From assembly GCA_964016885.1 (NCBI GenBank), contig OZ024747.1, forward strand, positions 43,958,001 to 44,022,000: 64,000 nt of DNA, written 5' to 3'. Shown one piece after another: positions 16,626 to 31,455 of this stretch (positions are counted from its first letter, which is position 1; every line of letters starts with the position of its first letter). This DNA is from Eledone cirrhosa. Lineage: Eukaryota. Made by a program: the position numbers and the translations under genes. The notes beneath the pieces were generated by a model. It was not told where the DNA came from. It saw nothing but the letters and a program-made list of their open reading frames with translations, and did not search any database.

Positions 16626-17090
16626 AATAATATTGCCAGAATTAATAACAGAACACACTCACTGTTTGGTTGGTTTTCGCTTCTGTATCTTTTATACCAG
16701 CTAATTTAATTTATTTGGTCCTCAATCTTTACCATTGACTGACCAACGGTCAAAAATACAGATATAATATAGACACAAACACATATATATAGTCTAACAA
16801 AATTCTTTCGTTGCACATCTGCAACATCGTCTATAAAAAGATGGCGTGGACATACAATACAAAAGGAGGAAACATAATAGCACCACTGACGATGTTGCAG
16901 ATGTGCAACGAAAGAAATTTGTTAGACTATATATATGTGCTTGTGTCTATATTATATCTGTATTTTTGACCGTTGGTCAGTCAATGGTAACATTGAGGAC
17001 CGAATAAATTAAATTAACTGGTATAAAAATACAGATGCGAAAACCAACCAAACAGTGAGTGTGTTCTGTTGTTAATTCTGGCAATATTAT
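16626..17090. mobile_element. Fold-back pLTR remnant (arms ~16626-16830 and ~16888-17090) with a hammerhead-like motif
   Basis: ~200-bp inverted arms. CTGACGA t gttgca gatg tgcaac GAAA at ~16887-16914, with degenerate stems I and III. Confidence 0.7.
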
Positions 17091-17104
17091 TATATATATA
17101 CATA

Positions 17105-17187
<83 letters not shown>

Positions 17188-17189
<2 letters not shown>

Positions 17190-17266
17190 CGAAGGAAATG
17201 TGGTAAGGAACCAGGTGGACTATAACGCACCAAAGTACTCAATACTTAGGGTAGTAGAGTGGGTAT
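17188..17266 (-). mobile_element. Isolated 3' tip of pLTR module A in (TA)n
   Basis: aacgaaggaaatgtggtaaggaaccagg...gtagagtgggta is near-identical to 25885-25945 and 46348-46425. Confidence 0.8.
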
Positions 17267-17445
17267 ATAATATACATACATACGTGTGTGTCGTGTATGT
17301 GCGAATGTGTGTGCATATACATATTCATATATGTATATATACACATATATGAATATGTATATGCAATATGCATTTATGTATATATTTATACATATATATA
17401 TATATATATAAATATACAGAGATATAAAGATGGAGTAACAAATGA

Positions 17446-17516
<71 letters not shown>

Positions 17517-17659
17517 CGGGGAGGGGGAGAGAAACATGGACTATCTAAATGCAAATGAATGTATTGAAGTTCCATTGGAAATAAAAATACACACATAAGG
17601 CACATCAATATATATCAATATGTATCTGAGTATGTATATATGTATGTAAGTATGTATGT

Positions 17660-18120
17660 TTTCTCTTTCTCTTAATTTCGAGTATATTTTTTTGACCGGC
17701 CACCTTCCTGGTGGCAAGCTTGTAAAAGAAAAGAAATTGTCATCCCTTGAATCGCAAGAATGTTTTGCAAATTTTGAAGGTGCCAGCTATCGCAGCCATT
17801 TGCAGACTATGAATTAGGGAGCTGCGCTTTTTGTCCGCAAATCCAAGTTCAGTCCATACTTTGGTCGTAGCACCAATAATGATGGGTATGAAGCTAAAGG
17901 TGTATCTTGGATACTGGATTTGTAAACTCCTCATCAATGGTCCGTAGATGTCCTCCTTCTCCTGTATTTTTCTGACAACGTTTACATCAAGTGGGCAGCT
18001 GATCTCCACAACAGAACACGTTTTCAATGTGTGGTCCCAAACTACAATATCAGGCCGGGTGTGCTTTAATTTGGTGGCAGTTTTTATTTTCAGGTTCCAC
18101 CAATATTCCTTAGTGCCATC
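17660..18120 (-). mobile_element. 5'-truncated R4-like element, family C (REL domain + 3'UTR), embedded in (CATA)n
   Basis: Minus-strand translation RPDIVVWDH..KTCSVVEISCPLD...PIIIGA, a PD..E REL domain. (TATG)n lies on both flanks. Confidence 0.8.
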
Positions 18121-18479
18121 TGTCTATGTATGTATGTATGCATGTATGTATGTATATATGTATGTACGTATGTATGTATGTTCTTCTGGTTTTAGAATTT
18201 TCTAAAGTTTAACCAATAGAGAGAGAGTCGGTTTCTAACATAGATACAAGACTCTCTCATTGGAATTTACACATCAACTAGGTAGATATGTATGCATGTC
18301 TGCATGCGTGTGTGTGCAGGTATGGATGTTATTTTGTGTAGATGTAGGTGTTTTTCGTTATATATTATGTGCCTGTACATATGTTTTTGTCTATGCAACT
18401 GTATATGCAGTTATTACATGCAGAATTTTTTTAATGTTTTATATAGTTTTACTGTTCCATTAATGGATTGTACTTGTAA

Positions 18480-19520
18480 TTTCCTAACTAGTTCTATGAA
18501 GCCCAGCTACTCAAGATTTGTACTGAGGCTGTTACTAACATATCCCAGTGTCCCAATGATCACAGGTATAAATCTGAAGGTATAGTCAGGGTGGAGTATC
18601 TGCAGTTCCTCATTAAATCTGCATAGATATTCTCCTTTTCACTAATCTTTAATATTACATTGGCATCTGCTAGGCAGCTAACTTCCATTACTGTGTATGC
18701 CTTCTTTTCCCTGTCCCATATCATTATATGCTTGCATTTTATTAGGGTTTTGATTGGAACATTCCATCAGTACTCTTCCATACTGTGTATGTGTAAGTCT
18801 TCCACATTACTGTAACTTTCAATATGTTTATTGTCGAGGCTATCTTTTCTACGGCTTGCATTATACAGTGGTGTTTTGGCCACATCATGCCTCATAGGTA
18901 AATAGTACTGTGATGACATCTTTGGACAGCTGCTTGTGACATGGATGAAATCTGCGATGTTAATTCTGCAGAGTCTGCACTTGTTGTCACATCTAGGTGT
19001 TTTTCCCTATCTCTTTTGTGAATCAAGTATTTTGTATTAATTTCCTGTTCTTGGATTGCAAACGCATATCCTTCAAAGTGAGAAGAATATAGCGGTTGTT
19101 GGTCCAAGATAGACTACTTTGTTTATGTATATTACTCTCACGCTGGAGCTTCCTGGCAACATATCCATGCATGATTTTTTGCTGATAAGCAGGCAGTTTT
19201 TCATCCATCGCTTCACTACGGTATTTCTAAGTAATTTCCCCGGGTGTGAGTTTTTGATTATCATGCAGGGAGTATCTTTCAAGGAGTTCCTTCCCAGGTC
19301 TCATGATCTTATCTGTCTCATGCAGACAGATTTGCTCAATAGACGGGCTCCTACGCTTGGCGGTTCGTAGATGTCAGAGGAATATAATGCAACTCTTAAA
19401 TGCTGTCTGGACTGATATTAGGCCTCTTCCTCCCTGCTTACATTTCAAGTAGAGATGGTTTATGTCACTGTTGATGTGGAGGTTTCCGGTGTTGTTTAGG
19501 ATTTTTCGGGTTTTAATATC
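18480..19520 (-). mobile_element. Decayed R4-like fragment (late RT / zinc-finger / REL region)
   Basis: Frameshifted HFEGYAFAIQEQEINTKYL, MHGYVARK and related motifs resemble the C-terminal region of the 34004-37396 protein. Confidence 0.7.
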
Positions 19521-19563
19521 ATTTGATCGGATTTCGTCTATCTTTCCCGTAAAATCTCAATAG

Positions 19564-19708
<145 letters not shown>

Positions 19709-19949
19709 CCTATGTGTGTGTGTGTGTGTCGTGTGTGTTTTACGGAGACGTAGAAGTGTTTAGTATTGTTTCTGAATGTATAGTAGAATAATAACTCCAA
19801 AATAAACACCTTTGTCTTGTATGTCTTCTAGGATAAATATTTAGCATTTAATTCCGTTGCCAAACGTATGCACATTTATTTCTTCTTCTTCTTCTTCTTC
19901 TTCTTCTTCTTCTTCTTCTTCTTCTCCGTTATTACACTTTTCCTGCAGT

Positions 19950-20120
19950 ATCAGTAGAGAATCAGACACCATGCTTTCCAACATAGAGTTACGTCTCTTT
20001 ACAGACGTAGTTCAAATCCCACCGAGGTTAACTTTGCCTTTCATCCTTAAGGGGTCGATAAAATAAAGTACCAGTGATGTACTGTGATAATTGCTGTCCT
20101 TGTGCCAAAAGTAGAAACAA
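19950..20120 (+). mobile_element. tRNA-derived SINE copy
   Basis: GTTCAAATCC B box followed by GAGGTTAACTTTGCCTTTCATCCTT..GGGGTCGATAAAATAAAGTACCAG. Confidence 0.75.
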
Positions 20121-20680
20121 TTTCTGCATTTCTCCATTCATCAATTGTTTTTTCTGCGGTGGTGATGGGGATAGCAAAAATTAGCAACTGTTTTTATTCT
20201 GTTAATGGCAAAACCAAAGCAAAAACAGCAATATAAACAGGCAAGGATATCTGACAAGTGTGACCGACCAAAGATATCCAACGAAAAACTTTACAATGTA
20301 AAAAGGAATTTTAAAAAAATTAACCAACCAACCAAGCGCTTTCTTCACCTTCTCCTCCCTCTTCGACACTTCATTCATTCGTTACCATTCTACCATGTTG
20401 TTCTGCCACTGGGCCACCTGAGAAGGTAATATATAAAATGTGCCAAGATTTAAACCACTTCTAGCTATGTCTTGTAAAAGTTCGAGAAACAGCCCTCTAG
20501 TATATCTCTTTGATTGTTTGTGTACATTCAACTACGTTAATACGTAGGTATGATTGTGCTTTTAAGAATGTATGTTATGTACGTATAGCTATGTACGTAT
20601 AGTTATGTACGTATACATATTTATAAGCGTGTGTGTATGTGTGCATGTTTATGAGTGTATGTGTGTGTGTGCGCATTGGG

Positions 20681-20719
<39 letters not shown>

Positions 20720-21465
20720 GCATATATGTGTCATTTTGCATATATAATACATATAAGCATTGTTTTAGCTGCGGGCAATAGTGCAAGCTTAATATCTTTT
20801 ATACACTCTATATACAGCCGCGTATAAAAAGACATTTTCTTTTCTTTATTTTATAAATTATTTTAAATTGCTTTTTTTCTTCTTTATTTTACGCGTGTTG
20901 TCTTCATGTATATAGTGATCTTTTTTTTTTTCATTTTTTTCTTTTCCTTCTTCTTTTTCCTCCCCTTCTTTTTCTTTTGTTGTAGATTTTTTTTTTTTTT
21001 TCTTTCCTTCCCATTTTAATAATTCAACTTTATCAATTGAAAGACAATCTATAATGTTAAGAAAACATTAAAACGCCTCTCTGAACTCTGCTTTTGTCCT
21101 CCACCCCATCTTACACAAAGAGACACGCGCACAGTCACACACATACACGCAAATACACACACACACACACAAACTCAGATACATTCACACACAGACACAC
21201 AAACACACACACACACACGTGAATACACACACAGACACACACAAACTCAGATACATACACACACAGACACGCACACACACTCACACATACACGCAAATAC
21301 ACACAAACTGAGATACATATACGCACACACACACACGCACAAATAGACACCAACAAATAGACACACACAAATAGACACCAACACATACACATACACAAAC
21401 ACACACAAATAGACACCAACAAACACACAGAGACCCACACAGACACACACAGACACATACAGACA

Positions 21466-21537
<72 letters not shown>

Positions 21538-21799
21538 GACATACACAGACACATACCGAGGCACACATACACACACACACACACGCACAGACAGTGTTTC
21601 TGCTGCGTGATGTATAATCATGATTTCCTCGGGTTGTTTTCTTAAATATCTACTTTGGGCAAGAAGGGGGAAGTGTAACATAAATAAAACAATAAAGTAT
21701 TTACGAATTGTAATATATACATATAAATAGGTATGTATATATGGGTGTGTGTGCGTGGGACTTGTGTATGTAAATATGAAGGTGAGTGTGTGTTTACTG

Positions 21800-22180
21800 A
21801 AAATAAGGCTGGTAAATAGCCTCGACGTATCTCGATAGCTCGGAGCTTGTTTTTATTTCTTTTAGAAGAAAGTATCTTTCTAGTATTCTGATGGGTACAA
21901 ATAAGACCTTGTTCTCTTCTATTGTGTATTTTTAGTTTTAATACATTATATTGTATCAGCTAAAATCGATAAGACTGGTTTAATTGTCTACACTGTAAGG
22001 TATGGGTTATACATCGAATAGTTATTTGCTAGATTTCATGAAGTTTAGGCAGATATTTGAAGAGGTATGCTAAACATCGAGGTATGGAGAATCTACATTG
22101 CCTTTCAGTTTCATACAAGAAGGAACCATTTAGTTGTACAATCTAATTGGTGTAATGTCCAGGTTCCCCTTTCCTTTTTC
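21800..22180 (-). pseudogene. Highly decayed PLE-type RT fragment (tentative)
   Basis: Minus-strand remnants resemble YLPKLH and DVEALFTS across frameshifts. Confidence 0.3.
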
Positions 22181-22326
22181 CTCTGAAAATCCCATCTGCC
22201 AAACTAGATCTATTAATACATTATATCATATTACTTTCTCTATTGATACTTTTTATTCTTTCGTTTGTTCACAATTACGGATTTACATCAATCTCTCTCT
22301 CTCTCACACACACATACACACACACG

Positions 22327-22414
<88 letters not shown>

Positions 22415-22752
22415 ACGGGCGGTGGAAGCATTTCTGAATTGGGGGTGCCAAATTTGGACTATTTAGTTATTGTGGTAAAATAAAACTTCGATATGCGATA
22501 AATATAACATGTACATAAACTATAGCGCATATCCAAATAGATGTGTGCTTTGGTATTTTGAGGAGAAAATATAATGTTTAGAAGCGGATACGCCCCACCC
22601 CCAGTTCCACCCCTAATGTATGTATATAATTTTTAAACAAATATGCTCTGTTCTCTTTCCTAAGGGGTTAATATATCGAGCTTCTTCGCATTTGGTAAGA
22701 AACTGGAATTATACCCAATTTATTCATCTCCTATATATATATATATATATAT

Positions 22753-23325
22753 AGTGGTGGAACACTGGAAGGTAACATCCGTAGTGGTAGAGCACTCAGT
22801 CCAAGGGACGAGTTATGTAGAAGTGGTTACAAACAGTTAGTTTACCATACCGAGAACAATTGTTTCACCTTCGCTGATCTTCAGCTGGGGATGTGTATGG
22901 TTATAGGAACAGGAAGGACAACCGTACGAACGCGCATGCGCAGAAACTCGGTCACTTCACACAGGCAATACTAGACTGCGTGCGGGGGGTGTAAGGGAGA
23001 TAACTGCGAAAGTCCGGAAACTTTTTTGGTTGAAAATAAAATAAAAAAATTAAAAAATAAAATTACAAGGAATCAGTCTGGAGCCTTGTAGTTATGCAAT
23101 ATATGTTTGGTGACGTGTGGGCAACGTGTGAAAAATTCACTTCTCGTGTTTAGGCAATCACTATTGCGTAATCTCTTTAGGATAGTTATTCGTTCGTCAA
23201 TACATAAGCTACACGTCGAATTTCCCCTTGCGTATGGCTTGGACTTAGTGATGTAGAGTGGGAAATAGGAAAAAGTATGACCCCGACGGCAGAGCTCAAG
23301 CCGTTTCGACGGGGTCATACTTTTT

Positions 23326-23330
<5 letters not shown>
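22753..23330 (-). mobile_element. Naiad-like PLE 3' remnant: module A hairpin + GIY-YIG C-terminus + 3'UTR + hammerhead module B
   Basis: 23073-23250 encodes SKPY..GNSTCSLCIDERITI...LNTRSEFFTRCPH. Module B (22753-22923) reads CTGAAGA..GAAA CAATTG TT on the minus strand. (TA)n lies on both sides. Confidence 0.8.
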
Positions 23331-23390
<60 letters not shown>

Positions 23391-23627
23391 TGTATGTAGT
23401 ACGGTGAAGTGCTGGTGTTGGTACCAAATCAACCACTCTATGCACAGGCAGAGTGTATATAATAGAAAAAACGAGGAAGTTTATTTTACATATGAAAATT
23501 ATTTATTGTGTATCGACCTGTTACACGCGTTTCGCAGAAGATTGGCTCAAGGTGACCCATAGGTGTTATAGACCCGACTCCAGTAACGATTTTTCATATG
23601 TAAACGAAACTTCCTCGTGTTTTTCTA

Positions 23628-23722
<95 letters not shown>

Positions 23723-23765
23723 TTTATATATATAACGGACCTTTCACGTACCACCCCCTTTTCTA

Positions 23766-23796
<31 letters not shown>

Positions 23797-23904
23797 ACGG
23801 ACCTCTCACGTACCACCCCCAACCTATCAATCTACTAATAACACTCTTTGCCTACCTTCCTTTCACACACTTCCATGTACCTACCTGTTCTTTCCTTATC
23901 CAAA

Positions 23905-23941
23905 CTTTCCTGATGATAGACTTCCGTCCGAAACGTAGAAC
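23905..23941 (+). ncRNA. Minimal type I hammerhead motif
   Basis: ttc CTGATGA ta gac ttcc gtc c GAAA CG TA gaa, with a short stem I. Confidence 0.6.
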
Positions 23942-24021
23942 CCTCCTCCACTTCCTCCAAGCGTGAACCTAATATGCGTTTGTATTTTTGCATCTCTGTA
24001 TATGTTTTGTTTCTTTTATCA

Positions 24022-24084
<63 letters not shown>

Positions 24085-24521
24085 GATCGTGTGTGTGCGT
24101 GTGCGCGTGTGTGTGCGTGTGCGCGTGTGTGTGCGTGTGCGCGTGTGTGTGCGTGTGCGCGTGTGTGTGCGTGTGGGGGGGGGGGACTTGTACAATATAA
24201 AAGTTTAAGATTGTTTGACTAGCATCTGTTTTTTTGACTAGAAGTCTGATATATCTATTTCATATTTGCACATTTTGCATATTTCATAATATATTATTTC
24301 CCCTGTGTTTTTATTACTATATGTAAAGATTAAAGCTTATTCCACTAAAGCTCATTCTGTAGATGACTTGCAGGCTAAGATAAGTAATGTGATTCAGAGT
24401 GTAATTGAAAATTACCTACAGAATGTATTTCTAGAACTTCAGAATCACATCACTCTTCGTATATAGAATGTCGGTAATCTAAGAAATAAATCCATTTAAA
24501 TAAATACAATGGATTTCACAA

Positions 24522-24631
<110 letters not shown>

Positions 24632-25040
24632 TATATTCACATACATGCACACACATATATACATATATATATAGAGAGAGTGAGAGAGAGAGAGAGATTG
24701 AGAGAGGGGGACAGGGAGGTGTGTGTGTGAGTGTGAGTGTGTGCGTGTGCGCGCGTCCAAATCATGTATACCTTTCGTCTGTCAGATTTCACATGTTATA
24801 ACAAACCGATGTCTTATTAAATGATATAGTGTGATAGAATTCCCGAAACACATCGTTATGATCTGGGTCTTCTTAATCACACACACCTGCCTGCGTCCAT
24901 TGGTAAAGATTGTGCAGGATGTCAAAGAGGATATATGATAAATTAATGGTGATATCATCTACATACCATTGGAATCATGTTACATAGATTCACAGCTATA
25001 ATTCCAAATACATCTGATCATTTTTATCAGGATATATATG

Positions 25041-25945
<905 letters not shown>

Positions 25946-25974
25946 ATATATATATATATATATATATATTCAAA

Positions 25975-26365
25975 ATATGGAGAGCACAGGACAAAGACAA
26001 TGGGAAAAAATAATGGAAAACTGCACGGTCCCATCTCCTCAGTCAACCTCTGGAAATCACTACGGTTTCGGTTAATTTAGATCAATACCGTTTATTCCAG
26101 AGCACATTTGGGAGATAGCAAAAATAATAGAAACTAGTTATGCCATTAGGCGAATTACGCAAATATAGAGTGCGCAAGGGCTTTTCTGCGCCTCGGTGTC
26201 CTTTGTATGTACGTTGCATTAAAACTTGGGAGACTAAAGCATGTTGGAATATCAAAAAGACACAGCAGCCAGTTGAATGAGACTGTCGACATTGCCTGGC
26301 TGCAGTATCTTCTTGACATTCCGACATTTAGTAATATGCTTTAGTCTCCCAAGTTTTAATGCAAT
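25975..26365 (+). mobile_element. Old PLE-like remnant with an inverted repeat (26216-26275 / 26295-26363)
   Basis: gcattaaaacttgggagactaaagcat is inverted as atgctttagtctcccaagttttaatgc. A PRCPLYVR remnant resembles the PLE thumb/linker region. Confidence 0.45.
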
Positions 26366-28121
26366 TAAGGAAAGAAGACTCTCCAATAATTTCAGAACAT
26401 TACGTAAAATCCAATAACTTTGTATTCCAGGAGGTAGTACTGCTAATGATAAACTATATATATAAAATAAATAGAATTTCACTAATTAAAAGATGAATAC
26501 TTTGTTTAGATGGCAAATACCTGGTTATTTTATATTTAATACAGGAAGCAATTTTTGCGTGTTTTTATAGACCTTTTGCTTACAGATGCTTTTCGATCTA
26601 TCTATCATCAGGACTTGCTATTTCTATTCAGCAAGAAAGATAAGTCTCAATATTGTTGTTCTTGTTGTGAGGATAGGGTAGCGGTGAAATTGTTTAGCTC
26701 CAGGTCAGCCCTAATAGGGCAGACTTGTGTTCAATGACCTTCTAGCCGTGAACAATATGTATTATATGTCTATCACTACATTAGGATAATGGGTCCTCTA
26801 TTTTAAGACAGGATGAGGAGGGGGGGGGGGAGAATGGGGTTACTATATCTAACACTTCAAGCATTTTAAGTTTTACTTTTTTGTGTTCGTTGTTTAACTC
26901 CAGCTCAGTCATAGTCAAAACTCTATTAATTCTAGCCATGACTTCTCAATCTATTTTTATGAGAGTGGTGACATTGTCCAATATACCCTTTCAATATTTT
27001 AAAATAATATAGATATGGTTCATTTCATGAAGATCTCGTTCTATTTCTAGTAATCCAAGTAGCCATCAAGGGCTTCCATCGACGATAAGCGATATAAATA
27101 CCACAACATATATCTAAGATATTTTGAACCTCAAGAATGAAAGAATACATTGAGTTGCGTGATTACAGTTGGTTATAAAGAAGGTTTAATCCTTGATAAA
27201 ATGGCGTCTGAACTCTGGCTTCTGACCTACATGATTACCCAGGTGGGGAACATTAATCAGTTATGATTTCATTTTAAAAAAAAACAAATAAGCCAACCAG
27301 AACATAGTGTAAAGACATGTATAAATTCTGTCGGCATTGAAAAATAAATAATATGAAAACTGCCTTATTATTATATTCTTATTATTCCCCCTCCTGCAAT
27401 GATTAAATAATATAAAGCATTCTACACTAGCCATGAGAAGCCACGTGGAAGAATAAATTTAATGAAGTGAATACAAAGTCGGCATTTGCGATTCTAATCG
27501 CTAAAACCAATGTTTACAAAGGCAGTGGTAAATCTCAGGCCAGACATGTTTTGAAAGGTCAAGAATTTGTATAGATTCACTCCATATAATATCCACTGAA
27601 GCAAGAAATATTTTGAATTTAATTAGGAACTTTGTACAAAGACTGATCTAAACATACACCAAACAAATTGTATTTCCATTCTTAAGGTGTAATTTGTGCA
27701 GAGTGAAAACTTATAATAGTAGGAATCAATTTCAAGTTCTATAACTTTCAGTTTCTTTTCATGAATCTAATGAGGAATTTCAGAGAATATATTTGTGCAA
27801 ATCAATATCGATTTTTGTTCACTAAGCGTAATTCCAAGCAAATTTTTATTTGGTCAAAGCAGAGAAACTTAAATAACATTCACCATATTACTGTTACTCG
27901 GTACATCGGTCTATTATGAAAGAAAGATAAAGACGTGCTTCCAAAAGGGTAGTTGAAACTAACAGATCTGATATAGTAACACATACACCCAAGTTCAAAG
28001 TGATCCTCTTGCAGCACGTTCTGTAAACGAGAAGGAAGCGTGGGAGTTTTGGCAAATCAGGCCGACCAGTCACTGTATATTTTAGAAAATATATTTTTTC
28101 ACTACCTCTGACAGTTGGCAG

Positions 28122-28187
28122 GTAAGCAGTATACTGCACTGATGAAGGGTAATCACCCAGAAGCATTAGTGTCTGCAGTTCTGTTTG
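28122..28187 (+). ncRNA. Type I hammerhead ribozyme with a GAAG variant core
   Basis: actgca CTGATGA a gggt aatc accc a GAAG ca ttag tg TC tgcagt. Stem I extends through taagcag/ctgtttg. GUC triplet. Confidence 0.7.
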
Positions 28188-28332
28188 CATGCCAACACAA
28201 GAGCAAGTCTACTGACATGGCTTAAAAGATGCTGTTTGCATAATTGCAAATGAATCGACATTATTATTAATATTCGAAAACCTCAGATTACATTTATTGT
28301 GTTCATCCATGTAGGGCGATAAACTATTTGTT

Positions 28333-28415
<83 letters not shown>

Positions 28416-29406
28416 TGTATTTTACCCGAATTTCTAAGCTATTGTTTATACCAGTCGACTGAGTCATATATACATGTGTATATGAATAGAGTCTGCGGTG
28501 CTGAGACCGAGGAAATCATGTGAGTACGCAATACATGGGGAGATGTAGAGTGGGTATAGAGATGTGCAAAATCCCATCCGCGGTGACAAGTGGTTTCGGC
28601 TTGTGTGTTCAGCAAGACTTTCCGAGGGGTGTATAATATTAGTAGGGTGTGAAAAATAGGTGACTGTTCTTGGTGGGGCTTAATTGAGTTTATAATAGTA
28701 ATAAACTGGTCAGATGGAGGACGTGGGTGGTACAGACAGTGATAAGTGTATCTAGACAGGCAAGGGGTTAGGAGAATGAAGTAGTGTGGATTTATATTTC
28801 CGGGGTCGGTAAATAAATTACCCCTCCAAAGCGTTGGATTGGTGGAATTATGTTAGCATCAAACTAGGCGATTTTCTGTATATCTCACAATTTTTTGCGT
28901 TTTGAGTTTAAATTCCAGCTTCAATCACGGGACAATGTGTCGGACTAACGTCATACGCAGTGTCGCATCATTTGGTGAAATATCTCGTCCATAAACGGTC
29001 CCTGTGTACAACAGAAGAACGCCAACACAGGATAAGCACCTATTTCTTCAATATATCAAAACCTACTAAATCTTTGAATGTATTCAGGCCATATTCTTAG
29101 CAATAAGGCCTCTTGATAACCTACAAACCCTAATTTAACTGAAATATAGTAAACAAACAAAAAATCAGAATTGTAAATGTTTGTTTTCTATATGGTGCGA
29201 GAATATGAGGAAAACATTAAAAATGTAAAGTGTCAAGTGACTCAACCAAGTGATAAAAATAATGAATACCCACCCATCACCATAAGAAAGAAATAATGGT
29301 TTCTTCCTTTAGATATTATGAAAAGATAATGAACCAACAACAAATAAACAGCACATTGATGTTGTCACCTTCGGTAGACAGTGGTCTATGATTAATAACA
29401 CAAATT

Positions 29407-29506
<100 letters not shown>

Positions 29507-29756
29507 TATATGTATGTATATGTATATAAATATATATATACGCATAAACATATTTTACAACACAAATATAATAGATACTAACGTTCATACATAGTATATG
29601 TATCAAAGACATTAACAAGACAATTATATGTGTGTGTGTGCCTATGCATGCGTGTGCGTATAATTATATATGTGTGCGTATACATACATACATACATACA
29701 TACATACATACATACATACATACATACATACATACATACATACATACATACATACA

Positions 29757-29787
<31 letters not shown>

Positions 29788-30841
29788 CTGTAAATAATGT
29801 AATTGTTAAGAAAAATAAAATTAGTTTTTAAAAATGTATATAAACATATTTTTCAATAGACTGCTTTGACAACACAATGTGATATCAATTTATCGATTTC
29901 TATTTGGTAGTCTGATATCTTGTGTACATCTATTTGACATATTTGACAATCATAACCTGGCTATGTAGTGAGTCAGAAACACTAGCTGCTGTTAAGTAGT
30001 ACAATCAATTTATTCCGAAAAATCATTGATATACAAGAAAATATTTTCTAAAAATTAAAAGACATTCTGTTTGTTTACTGAAACATGTTAACTGGTGTTC
30101 AAAATGACAGCTATTTCAATTCAAACTTTTTAGATTCATTTTCATTTTCACATTCTTTAGATAAATTTTCTTTTAAAGATATACAATGTTGTTTCTTCTG
30201 GGTTTCGCCAATGTTTTTATTTGTTTATTTCTAAATATATTTATCAAACTATTTTATAATGCATTTTATTGTTAGCTTCCTTAAAATAACTCGTTTGAAA
30301 GAAATCTATTGCTTCGACGTCACAAGTTTTACGTACGGAAAACAATATCTATTTATATGTATGAAGAAAAAGTGAAAGAGAGAAAGAAGGCAGATAGGAA
30401 AAGAGAGATCGAAGAGACACAGAGAGATAGAGTTCCATTGATGTTTTGTTCAGAAGTTTCTGGATATTTCCTTCCCAGCATCTTAAATTGATTATCCATT
30501 TTATGTACAATGTTCTGTTGGCGTGTGGTTGCAACTAGTGTTCGCAGATCATTTGGTGTTTGAGAGAAACGTTTATGAACTCTACATCAAGAACTTACTT
30601 GCCCTCATCTCCAACAACGACCATTCCTATGTAAATATCCCCTACACTACATTTGTTACTCTGACATGTCTGTAGATGTATTCATTATTGTGTCAGACTC
30701 GACAGTCAGAGACGACCTGGTTATTTCTTTCATCTCCATCATATATTACACATTTAATGTATTATGTTCCACTGTGTGCTTTTGGTGGTTTCTAATGAAA
30801 CGTCTTCAAGCTTATTAGTTCTTGTCATCGTTATTCTTAAT

Positions 30842-31415
30842 CTCGCCGAGGTCAACTTTGCCTTTCATCCTTACGGGGTCGATAAAATAAAGTACCAGTA
30901 ATGCACTGCGTGCATTACTGGTACTTTACTGGCTTTGTGCCAAAAGTAGAAACAATTATTCTTATTAATATTGTTATCATTATTATTATTATTGTACGGG
31001 CGGTGAATTGGCAGTATCGGTAGAGGCTCTGACAACATGCTTTCCAGCATAGTTACGTCCCTTTACGGTCTGAGTTCAAATCCCGCCGAGGTTAACTTGG
31101 CCTTTCATCTTTACGGGGTCGATAAAATAAAGTACCAGAAATACACTGGGATAATTGCTGGCCTTGTGCAAAAAGTAGAAATAATTATTATTGTTACTTC
31201 TTTTAAGGACGGGGGGATTGGCAGAATTGGTAGAGCGTCGGACACCTTGCTTCACGGCATAGTTACGTCAATTTACGTTCTGAGTTCAAATCCCACCGAG
31301 GTTAACTTTGCCTCTCATCCTTACGGGAGTCAATAAAATAAAGTGCCAGTAATGCACTGGGTCGATTTAATTGACTTTTCCCTCTCCAAAAACTTTTCGT
31401 CTTGTGCCTATATAA
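30842..31415 (+). mobile_element. Three tandem tRNA-derived SINE copies separated by ATT-rich spacers
   Basis: Copies start at ~30842 (partial), ~30998 and ~31207, with A box TGGCAG.AT.GG, B box GAGTTCAAATCC and a shared body. Confidence 0.85.
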
Positions 31416-31455
31416 GAAATGATTATTATTATTGTTATTATTATTATTATTATAG

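Noticed and set aside
20330-20430. Possible exon ending AAG|GTAATA
   Set aside because: No clear acceptor site or recognisable protein similarity.
22414-22618. Possible MITE with GGTGGAA/TTCCACC termini
   Set aside because: The terminal match is too short and degenerate, and no TSD can be resolved.
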